A stretch of 64,000 nt of DNA from Spirochaetota bacterium (GCA_963663865.1 OY760686.1:2624001-2688000), one strand, 5' to 3'; counted from the first letter of the stretch, positions 19,183 to 29,623 are shown. The notes: a model not told the origin generated them from the letters alone. Numbers and translations are program-made.

Positions 19183-19872
19183 ATGGCACTTATCAAGCTT
19201 TCAAAGGTATCCAGAATCTATGACGGCTCCTCAGTCCCCGTCAAAGCATTGAGCGGCATCAACCTTTCAGTAAACAGAGGAGAATTTACTTCAATAGTAG
19301 GTCCGTCCGGTTCAGGAAAAACAACCCTTCTTAACATTATTGGAGGTTTAGACACTCCGAGCTCCGGTACCGTTTTTATTGAAGGCACCGACATCTCCTC
19401 TTTTTCAGCCGGAAAGCTGGTCGAGTTCAGACTCAGACATATAGGTTTTGTATTTCAGGCATACAATCTGATTCCCGTTTTCACTGCCAGGGAGAATATC
19501 GAGTTCATAATGCTTCTGCAGGGACGTCCGGAGGCTGAAAGGCGGGCAAGGGCTATCGAGCTTCTGAAGGCTGTGGGACTGGCACGCCGTTCAGAGAGCA
19601 GGCCGGCAGAGCTTTCCGGGGGCGAACAGCAGCGAGTCGCCGTGGCCAGGGCTCTTGCTTCAAAGCCTTCGTTCATTCTTGCTGATGAGCCGACTGCCAA
19701 TCTTGACACAAAAACCGCATCATCTCTCCTTGACATCATGGAAGAACTTAACAGCAAAAGCGGTACTACTTTCATCTTCTCAACTCACGATCCGAGGGTA
19801 ATCGCGAGAGCTGGCCGTGTTATCACACTTCAGGACGGCAAAATAATTCACCCTGCAAAACGCAAAAAATGA
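19183..19872 (+). CDS. ABC transporter ATP-binding protein (LolD-like)
   Basis: GPSGSGKT, LSGGEQQRVA, LADEPTANLD and STHD motifs. Confidence 0.95.
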   Translation: MALIKLSKVSRIYDGSSVPVKALSGINLSVNRGEFTSIVGPSGSGKTTLLNIIGGLDTPSSGTVFIEGTDISSFSAGKLVEFRLRHIGFVFQAYNLIPVFTARENIEFIMLLQGRPEAERRARAIELLKAVGLARRSESRPAELSGGEQQRVAVARALASKPSFILADEPTANLDTKTASSLLDIMEELNSKSGTTFIFSTHDPRVIARAGRVITLQDGKIIHPAKRKK

Positions 19873-21035
19873 AAGCGGCCCCGATTCTGTTTTTACTTTT
19901 TTTTGCAGTCTCATCGCTCTCCGCTAATGCCGATACAGTCGAGCTTGGCGGAAACATAAAATACTTATTTTCCTATTCGGATATTAAAAAACCGGACAAT
20001 CAGTTCTACGACCACATCCTGCAGACCCGCGTCAATTTGCATATTTACCCCTCTGAAAACCTAAAAGCAGCGGTTGAGGGGCGGGTCAGAGGTTACTACG
20101 GCGACACAGTTGAAGCTGCTCCGAATTTCACTGAAAACCTGAGCCGCGGCAATGATTTTGTTGAGCTCGACAGGGTTCTTTACGACGGCGACAGTTCGTC
20201 CCTGCTTGCAGAAGTAGACAGGCTTTACGCCGATTGGACCCAGTGCAGTTTTCAACTGACTGCCGGCCGCCAGCGCATAGCCTGGGGCTCTTGCCTCGTA
20301 TGGAATCCCATCGACATTTTTAACCCGGCCTCCATCCTTGACTTCGATTACGAGGAGGGCCCATCGGTTGATTCATTGAGGCTCCAGTTCTACACCGGCC
20401 CCGTGTCAAGGATTGAAGCGGTCTACTCTCCCTCTGATTCTCCTGACAGGGCATCGGCGGCAGGCCTTGCCTCAATTAACTTTATGGATTATGATTTTAC
20501 TATCACCGCAGGTTCAAAAAAAAAGCGCTGGTTCGCCGGTGGGGGATGGGCCGGCGATGTTTACGGCGCGGGGTTCCGGGGCGAGATACTGGTTACTGAA
20601 AGCAGGAGAATTGAGCTGCCTCTTTTTGACACAACTTATGGCTCCACTAAACCGTCAGTAAGCGCCGCTGTCTCAGGCGACTATACGTACAGCTCATCGC
20701 TATACGTGCATACCGAGGTCCTTTACAACAGCGTTGGGACCTCGAATAACGCGGCCATATACTCAGAAGCCGCCGCTGAGCTCGGGCATCTCTCCGCCGA
20801 TAAATGGTCGGTCTATCAGGAATTCTCTTATGACTTCCACCCGCTTTTGCGGGGCAGCGTTTACGGAATATTCAAGCCGCTGGACCGTTCGCTTACGCTG
20901 GTTCCTTCATTAAACTACTCATTTATAACAAACCTGGATATTATGCTGCTCGCGATGTTCTTCCAGGGAGAAGAACTCTCAGAGTACGGTGACGGGCGGG
21001 CTCTCTACTACCTGAGACTGAAGTATTCCTTCTAA
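19869..21035 (+). CDS. Putative outer-membrane beta-barrel protein
   Basis: Signal peptide, DRLY..W and GRQRIAWG..WNP.D motifs, C-terminal RLKYSF aromatic (BAM-type) end; ATGA-coupled to the ATPase. Confidence 0.7.
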   Translation: MKAAPILFLLFFAVSSLSANADTVELGGNIKYLFSYSDIKKPDNQFYDHILQTRVNLHIYPSENLKAAVEGRVRGYYGDTVEAAPNFTENLSRGNDFVELDRVLYDGDSSSLLAEVDRLYADWTQCSFQLTAGRQRIAWGSCLVWNPIDIFNPASILDFDYEEGPSVDSLRLQFYTGPVSRIEAVYSPSDSPDRASAAGLASINFMDYDFTITAGSKKKRWFAGGGWAGDVYGAGFRGEILVTESRRIELPLFDTTYGSTKPSVSAAVSGDYTYSSSLYVHTEVLYNSVGTSNNAAIYSEAAAELGHLSADKWSVYQEFSYDFHPLLRGSVYGIFKPLDRSLTLVPSLNYSFITNLDIMLLAMFFQGEELSEYGDGRALYYLRLKYSF

Positions 21036-23197
21036 GGCCGTCCTCCCTTTGACACAACCCTGTTTCGTCCTCCCCGCTTTGCCCTGTAAAGCCTGTTGTC
21101 CGCAAGGTTTATTATTGATTCAGCCGTAATTGTATCAGAATCAAATTCATTTGAAGTTGCGACCCCGCAGCTTGCGGTAAATGTGATATTCCTGCCCCTG
21201 TAATCTGCCGCTGAAGCCCTTACTTTATCAAGTATTCTTTCACAGAGTAATACGGCTGTATCTCTGTCTACACCGGAAACAGCTATTACAAATTCCTCTC
21301 CCCCGTAGCGGGCAGCAACATCATAGGGCCTCACTCCGCTTTTTAGTATAGAAGCGAATAGCTGAAGCACCGCATCACCCGCGGCGTGGCCGAAAGCGTC
21401 GTTAAGGTTCTTAAAGAAGTCTATATCAAATATTGCCACAGCAAAGGGCTTGCCTCCCCTTCTGTGGCTGTGAAGAATCTCCTCCATGCGTTTCATGAGA
21501 TACCTGCGGTTATTAAGTCCTGTCAACGGATCGGTTATGGATATTCTGACGAGTTCATCCTCAAGCCTCTTCCTCTTTAGAGAATCACCGAGGATATTTG
21601 CCATGACCTTCAAGTACGGAAGCTTCATCTCATCCCATAGCATTATCCTGTCCAGACACTCAAAGCCGAGAAACCCGGAAAGCCTGCCGTCAAGCAGAAC
21701 TGGAACACAGAGAATCGAACGGACACCCATTTGCCTCAGCATTTCACTGTCAGTCTTCGCTCCTGCCGGGGAATTGCAGGTATCCGGTATCTGTACATGC
21801 TTTCTTTTAATTAGTGCCGCACCGAGATAGGGGAACTCATCGACATATATCTTCTTCTTTTTCTGCACCGGACGCTTCATAATACCTGGAGCATTCCACT
21901 CATAGTAACTGTCAATAACAAGCGAATCGCTCTGCACATGGTTAAAATAGCAGCGGTCAACGCCGAAGAAATCACCGGCTCCGGCAACAAGGCCCTTTGC
22001 TTTCCTGGCGAAGTTGCCTGAAGAAACATTTATAAAGCTTGATGAAATTCCGGCGAGCAGTCTCTGTACCCCGGTCTGGAAAAGGAGCTCAGCCTCTGCC
22101 TGTTTCAGGGACGTAATATCCTGCACAATGCCTGCCGTATGGACTGGCTTTCCTGCTTCATCGTATTCAGTTCTGCTTCTCTCCCTGAACCACTTGAGCT
22201 TACCGGCAGGAGTGAGAAGCCTGTGCTCTATATCGTAAACCGAACCATCCCTTATTGAACCAAGCCACTTTCGGTTTACTTCATCTCTGTCATCAGGGTA
22301 AACCATGCCAAGAAAATCAGTGTAGCTCAGTGACTGTACTTTCTCAGGCAGCTCAAAGATTTCACTTACATTTTCACTCCAGACTATACTCTGGTCCCTG
22401 TGATAGTAGTCCCACCTTCCCATCTTTGCCATGCTGCCCGCCTCGACAAGCATCTGGCGGTTCTTTTCGAGATCGGCGGTCTCCTGCACCCTCTGAGTAA
22501 TGTCTCTTGCTGCAGCGTATATAATCTTTCCGTATGAGTTAGACCTCCACTCAAGATACCTGTACGAACCGTCAGCGCACCTGTATCTATTCACAAAGTT
22601 AAGTACCCTGTGCCTGTCCTTTAGTCTGGAAACAGCTTTAATTGTTGGTGCATAGTCCTCAGGGTGTACTAGATCCAGAAAGTTTATCTTCATTAGTTCT
22701 TCAAGCGTATACCCGGTAACACTTTCCCATTCACGATTTAGCTTGACAAACCAGCCGTTCATATCAGCAATACAAAGAAGGTCAAGGTTGACCTGAAAAA
22801 AACGTTCCAGTTCCTGTTCCTTCTCTTTCTCTGAGGTTATATCAACGAAAACCGTTATGAAGAAACCAGGCTCAGGAGAATAGGCATTTACCTTGTACCA
22901 CTTCCCCAGAGGCTCGAAATACTGCTCAAAGTCAATATTCTCTCCATAAACTGCGACCCTGCCGTAAACATCTATCCATTGAAACTCTGATTCTCCAATG
23001 CCCGGAATAATTTCGAGGGCTTTTTTCCCGCATACTGACTGAGCATTCAGACCGGTTATCCTCTCAAACTCGGAGTTAACCCTCAGTATTATGTAATCTG
23101 AGGGTCTACCCTGTTCATCAAATACAATCTGATGAAGAGCGTATGCAAACGGAGCCTTCTCAATGACTTCCATGTAATTCAGATCATCCACAGACAA
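21032..23197 (-). CDS. Diguanylate cyclase with PAS/PAC x3 and GAF domains
   Basis: DPLTGL.NRR, DIDFFK.LND.FGH..GD, RPYD I-site and RYGGEEF; PAS motifs VHPED and VYPDD. Confidence 0.93.
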   Translation of the reverse strand: MSVDDLNYMEVIEKAPFAYALHQIVFDEQGRPSDYIILRVNSEFERITGLNAQSVCGKKALEIIPGIGESEFQWIDVYGRVAVYGENIDFEQYFEPLGKWYKVNAYSPEPGFFITVFVDITSEKEKEQELERFFQVNLDLLCIADMNGWFVKLNREWESVTGYTLEELMKINFLDLVHPEDYAPTIKAVSRLKDRHRVLNFVNRYRCADGSYRYLEWRSNSYGKIIYAAARDITQRVQETADLEKNRQMLVEAGSMAKMGRWDYYHRDQSIVWSENVSEIFELPEKVQSLSYTDFLGMVYPDDRDEVNRKWLGSIRDGSVYDIEHRLLTPAGKLKWFRERSRTEYDEAGKPVHTAGIVQDITSLKQAEAELLFQTGVQRLLAGISSSFINVSSGNFARKAKGLVAGAGDFFGVDRCYFNHVQSDSLVIDSYYEWNAPGIMKRPVQKKKKIYVDEFPYLGAALIKRKHVQIPDTCNSPAGAKTDSEMLRQMGVRSILCVPVLLDGRLSGFLGFECLDRIMLWDEMKLPYLKVMANILGDSLKRKRLEDELVRISITDPLTGLNNRRYLMKRMEEILHSHRRGGKPFAVAIFDIDFFKNLNDAFGHAAGDAVLQLFASILKSGVRPYDVAARYGGEEFVIAVSGVDRDTAVLLCERILDKVRASAADYRGRNITFTASCGVATSNEFDSDTITAESIINLADNRLYRAKRGGRNRVVSKGGRP

Positions 23198-23361
23198 ACT
23201 TCTCCTGGGGAAAGATTAAGCGAATTATTAACATTATAGTTCTGTATTGTATCAGGTAAAGCGGCAAAAAGCAAGAAAAATGAGGAAGCAGCCGGGGAAC
23301 AGTCACAAAACTCTGTCTAACCCGGCCGCATTTTAATTATAAGCCTATTAAGGGGCTTTAA

Positions 23362-24612
23362 TCAAAGATCGGAAAAGTCAAGTGTTGCAAAATAGTCATC
23401 TATTGTTTCAGCGCGGCGAATCCGGACAACTGAACCGTCCTCTTTGAGAAGCAGCTCCGCCGACCTCAGCTTACCGTTGTAATTAAAACCCATCGCGTGG
23501 CCGTGCGCGCCTGCATCGTGAATAACAACAATATCGCCTATCTCCATTTCCGGGAGTTTTCTGTCTATGGCGAACTTATCGTTGTTCTCACATAGCGAAC
23601 CGGTGACATCACAGACTTTTACAGCCGGAGCGTCTTCCTTTCCGGCGACGGTGATATGATGGTACGCGCCATAGAGAGCCGGCCTCATCAGATGTGCCAT
23701 GCATGCGTCAAGCCCTACGTACTCCTTATATGTGCTTTTTTTATGCAGCACGCTGCTCACCAGATAACCGTAGGGTCCGGTTATCATACGGCCGCTTTCC
23801 ATGAAAATCTTTAAAGGTTGAAGTCCCGCCTTTACGATCATCTCTTCGTAAGCCTTCCGAATCTCTTCGCCGACATACTCGATATTGACCGGCTCCTGCT
23901 CGGGCCTGTAAGGAATACCGAAACCTCCGCCAAGGTTTACAAACTCAAAGCTGATCTCAAGTTTATTTGATATCTCTGCAACAAGCTCAAAAAGCATTTT
24001 AGCTGTATCGACAAAGTAATCATTATCAAGCTCGTTAGATGCAATCATGGTATGAAGTCCGAAGCGCGTCACCCCACAGTCACGCAGCTTTTTATATCCT
24101 TCAAAAAGCTGGTCGCGGGTAAAGCCATACTTGGCCTCTTCGGGCTTTCCAATTATGTGATTACCGCCTCTTAAAGGCCCGGGATTATATCTGAAGCAGC
24201 CTATCCGGGGTTTTCCCGCGTTTTCAATCAGAAAATCAATGTGTGATATGTCGTCAAGATTGATTATCGCACCCAGCTCCATAGCCTTTATATATTCAGA
24301 TGCAGGTGTATCGTTGGAAGTAAACATGATGTACTCGCCTGATATCCCGGTTTTTTCGGAAAGCAGAAGTTCCGGAAGCGAGCTGCAGTCCGCTCCAAAG
24401 CCCTCTTCCTTCAGGAGCTTCATCAGATACGGATTTGGCGCTGCCTTTACCGCAAAAAACTCCCTGAATTCAGGGGCCCATGAAAAAGCTTTAACCAGAC
24501 GCCGTGCATTTTCTCTTATTGCCTTTTCATCATAAATGTGAAATGGGGTGGGATATTTTCTTATTATATCTTTAAGCTGCTCAATTGTAAAAGGTAGTTT
24601 CTTTTCTGCCAT
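23362..24612 (-). CDS. lysA: Diaminopimelate decarboxylase
   Basis: YPTPFHIYDE, FAVKA (PLP Lys), NLGGG, ESGR, GSLCENND and MGFNYN motifs. ATG at 24612 follows AAGGAG. Confidence 0.93.
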   Translation of the reverse strand: MAEKKLPFTIEQLKDIIRKYPTPFHIYDEKAIRENARRLVKAFSWAPEFREFFAVKAAPNPYLMKLLKEEGFGADCSSLPELLLSEKTGISGEYIMFTSNDTPASEYIKAMELGAIINLDDISHIDFLIENAGKPRIGCFRYNPGPLRGGNHIIGKPEEAKYGFTRDQLFEGYKKLRDCGVTRFGLHTMIASNELDNDYFVDTAKMLFELVAEISNKLEISFEFVNLGGGFGIPYRPEQEPVNIEYVGEEIRKAYEEMIVKAGLQPLKIFMESGRMITGPYGYLVSSVLHKKSTYKEYVGLDACMAHLMRPALYGAYHHITVAGKEDAPAVKVCDVTGSLCENNDKFAIDRKLPEMEIGDIVVIHDAGAHGHAMGFNYNGKLRSAELLLKEDGSVVRIRRAETIDDYFATLDFSDL

Positions 24613-24799
24613 GATTCTCTCCTTGTATGTATTTTCAGGCAAACGCCAATGCTATATTAACCGATAATCGGGATTATTAAGCTGAACCGGTTAAGTCCGA
24701 TTTAAAATCATCATTCCCTTGCCTGACTCATATAGAAGGGAAAATATGGAGGATATGTGTCAACCAATTAACAGCTTGAGGCTTTGAAATGTTGCAGGA

Positions 24800-25210
24800 T
24801 TAAAACAGTTTTGCAATACGGTTCGGATCATTATCCTTCTCCGGTACATAATCCCACATTGGACCGGGGGATTTATGTTTTATAACATCTTTGTTTATTA
24901 CTCTTAGTAAAATAAAAAAAGGAGAAAGAAGCGTATAAAAGGCGGCTGCAAAAACAAAGTACAAAATTGTATTACCCAGATATCTTAACAGCGTATTCAC
25001 AAGAATATAAGTGAATAAGAGCAGCCTGGGATATAGAACAGCAAAGAGCAGGTGAAAAACAATGACTGCGGCAAGTGCAATTCGTAGAATACTCGGATAA
25101 TCTCTGATATATGCAACGGCTGAAAGCAGCAGCATTCCAGCTGCGAAAGAAAAACCGAACAGCCTGAGCTCCCTGATGGTCTTCAATCCTTTATATGACT
25201 TTTCTTCCAT
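24800..25210 (-). CDS. SxtJ-like membrane protein
   Basis: ELRLFG start, hydrophobic helices and FY.LL.P motif; overlaps the carbamoyltransferase end. Confidence 0.7.
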   Translation of the reverse strand: MEEKSYKGLKTIRELRLFGFSFAAGMLLLSAVAYIRDYPSILRIALAAVIVFHLLFAVLYPRLLLFTYILVNTLLRYLGNTILYFVFAAAFYTLLSPFFILLRVINKDVIKHKSPGPMWDYVPEKDNDPNRIAKLF

Positions 25211-27003
25211 TCCTCAATCCCTCTATTCACCGGCTGCTCATCTTTAAACAGTATATAATTCCCCATGACAAGCACATCAATATGTGTTCCCATAAAACAC
25301 ATATAAGCATCAGCTGGAGAATTTACAACTGGCTCGCCTCTCACATTAAACGAAGTGTTAATTAAAACAGGACATCCAGTGAGCTTATAAAACTCCTTCA
25401 ACAGGCCGTAAAAGACCGGGTTCTCTTTTTCTGACACGGTCTGGATTCTCGCTGAACCGTCAACATGTGTAACAGCAGGTATAACTGAGCGCCGTACTTT
25501 TAGAAGTTCGATCCAGGTTTTTCCAGTACAGTCAGCATCAACGAGTTTATCCTTTATTACCCCTGCTGTAAAAAGCATATACGGTGAGGGGCTATTAATA
25601 TCAAAATAATCTGAAACATGTTCCTCAAGGATGGAGGGAGCAAACGGCCTGAACGATTCACGGAATTTTATTTTCAAATTCATAACCGACTGCATTTCAG
25701 TTGACCGAGCATCACCAAGAATTGACCTGTTTCCAAGAGCACGCGGGCCGAATTCAGACCTTCCCTGGAACCAGCCAACCACCTTTTGAGAATCAATAAG
25801 CCTCGCTGTTTCCTCATATACTTCCTGGAGCTCCATCCTTCTATAAACCGCTTTGAATGAATCAAGAGCTGACTTAATGTCATCATCAGTATAATCAGGC
25901 CCAAGATAAGATCCTTTTTGAAAATCATGCACACCGTCCGCAGACCGTGATTTATTAAGGTAGCAGTAATAGGCATACATAGCGGCTCCGAGTGAGCCGC
26001 CGGCATCTCCGGAAGCAGGCTGAACCCATATCGAATCATAACCTGATTCCTTAAGTATTCTCCTGTTGCTGACACAGTTTAGCCCGACACCTCCCGCAAT
26101 GCATAGATTGCTTTCTCCGGTCAACCGCCTCGCATACGATGCCATCTTAACCAGAATTTCACTTATTAATTCCTGAACAGAGGAAGCAACATCCATATAA
26201 AACTGATCCGGCACCATATCAGCCTTGAGGGCCGGTCTTCCGAAGAGCTTCTCAAAGCGTCTATTAATCATACGCAACCCGGAAATATAGCCGAAATAAC
26301 GTTCATTAAGAAGAAACGAGCCATCCTCAGAAACATTGACAAGTTCACGTTTAATCAAATCAAGGTAAACAGGACGGCCGTATGGCGCCAGCCCCATAAG
26401 CTTGTACTCACCGGAGTTCACTCTGAAACCGCAATAATATGTAAAGGCTGAATACAAAAGTCCTATAGAGTGAGGGAAGCTGATTTTTTTCATCATCTTA
26501 ATTGAGTTTCCGTCTCCCTTTCCGATCATTGTGGTTGTCCACTCTCCGGCCCCGTCAACAGTCAGAATTGCCGCTTTCTCATAGGGGGATGGCAAAAAGG
26601 CTGAAGCTGCATGGGACTGATGATGTTCTGTAAACAATATCAGCTTCGAGGAATCCTTTAAACCAAGCTCGTTTCTTATTGTGCTTTCAACCCAGAGTTT
26701 ATCTTTAAGCCATGCGGGCACAGCTTTGAGAAACGATCGGATACCCTTAGGAGCTGTGTGGATATAGCTTGCCAGTATTCTGTCGAACTTGAGTACAGGT
26801 TTATCATAAAAAACAATGTGATCAACTTCTTCAATAGTTATACCGGCTGAACTGAGGCAGTAACTAATCGCTCTCGAAGGAAACGAAGAATCCCCCTTGA
26901 TCCTCGAAAATCGTTCCTCCTGGACGGCTGCAAGAATCACCCCTTCCTTTATTAACGCCGACGCCGAATCATGATAAAAAGCAGAAATCCCTAAAATGTA
27001 CAA
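25183..27003 (-). CDS. O-carbamoyltransferase (NodU/CmcH/SxtI family)
   Basis: ILGISAFYHDS, EHHQSHAASAF, GEYKLMGLAPYG, GPRALGNRS, RESFRPFAP and NTSFNVRGEP motifs; probable TTG start at 27003. Confidence 0.95.
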   Translation of the reverse strand: MYILGISAFYHDSASALIKEGVILAAVQEERFSRIKGDSSFPSRAISYCLSSAGITIEEVDHIVFYDKPVLKFDRILASYIHTAPKGIRSFLKAVPAWLKDKLWVESTIRNELGLKDSSKLILFTEHHQSHAASAFLPSPYEKAAILTVDGAGEWTTTMIGKGDGNSIKMMKKISFPHSIGLLYSAFTYYCGFRVNSGEYKLMGLAPYGRPVYLDLIKRELVNVSEDGSFLLNERYFGYISGLRMINRRFEKLFGRPALKADMVPDQFYMDVASSVQELISEILVKMASYARRLTGESNLCIAGGVGLNCVSNRRILKESGYDSIWVQPASGDAGGSLGAAMYAYYCYLNKSRSADGVHDFQKGSYLGPDYTDDDIKSALDSFKAVYRRMELQEVYEETARLIDSQKVVGWFQGRSEFGPRALGNRSILGDARSTEMQSVMNLKIKFRESFRPFAPSILEEHVSDYFDINSPSPYMLFTAGVIKDKLVDADCTGKTWIELLKVRRSVIPAVTHVDGSARIQTVSEKENPVFYGLLKEFYKLTGCPVLINTSFNVRGEPVVNSPADAYMCFMGTHIDVLVMGNYILFKDEQPVNRGIEEWKKSHIKD

Positions 27004-27013
27004 TTCCTTAACC

Positions 27014-27172
27014 CTAGAAAAGAGAGTAAATAAACGGAGCAACCGCGTTAGACTGCGAAACCAGAATGGCGACTGCGATTACGCCGAGCACAATAAATAC
27101 TGGAAGGAGCCATAGCTTTTTGTTTTCTTTTACATATTCCACGAATTCTTTCATTAGTCTCATCTTAGACAT
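27014..27172 (-). CDS. DUF5989/SxtK-like small membrane protein (52 aa, not in the ORF track)
   Basis: Manual translation MSKMRLMKEFVEYVKENKKLWLLPVFIVLGVIAVAILVSQSNAVAPFIYSLF carries the family-typical KK.WLLP and APFIY.LF ends. Confidence 0.85.
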   Translation of the reverse strand: MSKMRLMKEFVEYVKENKKLWLLPVFIVLGVIAVAILVSQSNAVAPFIYSLF

Positions 27173-27181
27173 ATACTAACC

Positions 27182-29002
27182 TCATTCCCCCGGTTTCCCA
27201 TATCTCGTATTTATTTGATTAAGAACACGGTACATTTTATGGTATTTGAGATATTGACTCATTTCCAGGTAAAGATCCTCCCTCTTCCCGGATAATAAAT
27301 ATGCATGAATATATAACTCAACAACATTCATTCCCGAAAAAGGAGTCTGGCTGCTGTAATAAGCAAGTTTCCTCAATTGGTCAACGTCACCAACATATTG
27401 CTGATAATATGAGCGAAAGTATTCCGCCACCTTCGGCTTGTCCTTTTTGTTTATGTAGTGAAGAACGACAGAACCAAAAGGGATTTTAAAATCTCCCGAT
27501 TTAGGTATAAGCTTACTCAGCTCTCTGGTTTTAAGAATATCATTCCCAATCAATTTTTTTTGATAATCAAATAACTGATAGGGATTCATCATTTGGGAAA
27601 AAGGAGGACGTTTAAGCAGCCTGTTGACCTGCAGGTACGGAACAAGCTCATCCAGATCGGTAAAATGAATACCTTTCCTAACTTCAGCTATATTTTTAAA
27701 ATATGAAGTAATCTTTTTCCTGTAGACATCCTCAACTTGAAAGACATCGAAAATTTTCTCTGCAAGAATTCCTGCAAGTACTCTCTGTCCCTCATGATTA
27801 AAGTGCAAGTGATCAATAAAAATCTTATTGCCGAATGCGTTAACACCAAGAATTTTCTCAAAAATATTTGATGTGTTAATTAAATAAAAATTATCGGGTT
27901 TTGTTTTACTTTTTCCATATTTGAGTAAAGATTTAGCGAAAACACTCCTCGCCCTGAAAGGTGCAATATCAAGATCTTTTGCCTCAATGAGCTTATTTAT
28001 TTGGGAAGTCCCTTCCAGAATCTTTACCGCTATTGCGTTCAAGTAGACAATATTTGCGTTTTTCCCGTATTCCTCTCCTTCTCCCTTTGCAAGAAATTCT
28101 TTGATTTTCTTTTTACTATTACTTTTAATTGCACTTATATATTCCTTAATAAAAACACTAAACTGCTTATCATCCTTGCCCGCAAAAGGAGGCATATCAA
28201 GATAATTTGATACCGGTTCAAACACTATAACAGGAATTTTTTTATCTTCGGCTGCCCTGACAACAGCATCAATATTTGCAATAAAATCAGATGCAGCTTC
28301 CTTATCTGTAGTCAAATCGCTTTCGATTCGTACATTGCTAAACCGCTCCTCCATAAACGTTGTATGTTCATTCATATCCCCGCTTCCGGCTTTACGATCT
28401 TGTTCAAAAAGCCCGTAAAGAAACTGAAATATTTTCAACTCCTTTACCTTGAGGCTTAACAGTCTCAGGTTATGCCACCCGGAGGTCGTCTGACTTATCG
28501 TTCCATAGTATTCATTGTGACCGGAATAAAGAGCAATAAAATCAGGCGAATAATCCAAAGCCTTGATGGCTGCATCTCTTACGTAATAACTGCTCATCGC
28601 GGCATAACCGAGGTTTACAATCTGAACGTCTTTATATTTCCCGGTTGATTTCAGAGCTGCCTCAGTGATCTTGCTGAAAGATTGATTAGATTTATATGGA
28701 TATCCTTCTGCCGTTGAACCGCCGATCACAATACCTCTTAACATTCCGGCTTCTTTCTCAGCTTTGAATATATTTTTTATCTGTCCGGCTTTATATGGTA
28801 TTTTGGAACCATAGTATTTTATTAAAAAATCGGGATTATCTACATAAACTTCCTGCATATCAGGAAGTTTAACAAAAGGCTCAGTATCATATCCGTAATC
28901 AAAAAGACGCAAAACAGCCTCGACTGTTAACAGCAACAACAGTATTCCCGCAAGAAATACAATATTAAAATAGAATTTTTTCAAAAATGAATACTCAGCC
29001 AT
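27182..29002 (-). CDS. Membrane-anchored SGNH/GDSL-fold protein
   Basis: N-terminal TM ending EAVLRL, GGST (block I), NLG, YSGHNEYYG (block III) and DHLHFN (DxxH, block V). Confidence 0.75.
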   Translation of the reverse strand: MAEYSFLKKFYFNIVFLAGILLLLLTVEAVLRLFDYGYDTEPFVKLPDMQEVYVDNPDFLIKYYGSKIPYKAGQIKNIFKAEKEAGMLRGIVIGGSTAEGYPYKSNQSFSKITEAALKSTGKYKDVQIVNLGYAAMSSYYVRDAAIKALDYSPDFIALYSGHNEYYGTISQTTSGWHNLRLLSLKVKELKIFQFLYGLFEQDRKAGSGDMNEHTTFMEERFSNVRIESDLTTDKEAASDFIANIDAVVRAAEDKKIPVIVFEPVSNYLDMPPFAGKDDKQFSVFIKEYISAIKSNSKKKIKEFLAKGEGEEYGKNANIVYLNAIAVKILEGTSQINKLIEAKDLDIAPFRARSVFAKSLLKYGKSKTKPDNFYLINTSNIFEKILGVNAFGNKIFIDHLHFNHEGQRVLAGILAEKIFDVFQVEDVYRKKITSYFKNIAEVRKGIHFTDLDELVPYLQVNRLLKRPPFSQMMNPYQLFDYQKKLIGNDILKTRELSKLIPKSGDFKIPFGSVVLHYINKKDKPKVAEYFRSYYQQYVGDVDQLRKLAYYSSQTPFSGMNVVELYIHAYLLSGKREDLYLEMSQYLKYHKMYRVLNQINTRYGKPGE

Positions 29003-29289
29003 TTCGAAATCACCTTGATTTTCCCGAATAATCAGAAATTATTTTTTACAGCCCCAATACAAAGAATTCATAAAACATAGGAAATTTAAATCAAGTACAT
29101 TTTAACTCCAATAATTGTGAATTAAGTTTTTAACAATATAACCCATGTCATCCCAGGCGACTGGACTGAACCCTTAAAACTGTTGTGACAAAGGTCTCTT
29201 CCCACTTTTCTTATAGAAATAAAATTGTGAAAAGAAATAGTTGTCAATGTTCCGGCCTTCGGCTTCCCGACTCATCTTGTAATCCGCGA

Positions 29290-29623
29290 GCGCTGCGTGT
29301 CACGGTGAGGTAAGCCGCCCAAATTGGGCGGCTCTACCGGGTGCAGGAAGCTAATGTCGGTTGAATCAATATGATGCGGAATTAAGAAACTGCAGGCACA
29401 TTGCTTCAAAAGCTCAACCAGTGCGATTTGCAATGAGGCAAATCGCCCGGGCGCCTTTTCATCAGGATGATGATAAAGGCGTTGAAACAGTTTGGTAACA
29501 GCGACAGCCAAGCCTTTCCGGCGCCTGAGGAACGGCTTTTTCCCGCCGCTTTTTGGCCGGTCAAAAAGCGGCAAAAGAAGTGCCTCGCTCTCAGCGTGAA
29601 AAAGACAGGCAGGCTCCCTGCCA
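29290..29623 (+). repeat. Modular structured intergenic element, copy B
   Basis: Inverted near-copies of the copy A end modules; GTAG-flanked palindrome GGTAAGCCGCCC-AAATT-GGGCGGCTCTACC; CAGGATG hairpin at 29459-29473. Confidence 0.7.

Noticed and set aside
24800-27172. Saxitoxin biosynthesis
   Set aside because: Only sxtI/J/K-like genes are present; no sxtA or sxtG core genes in the window.
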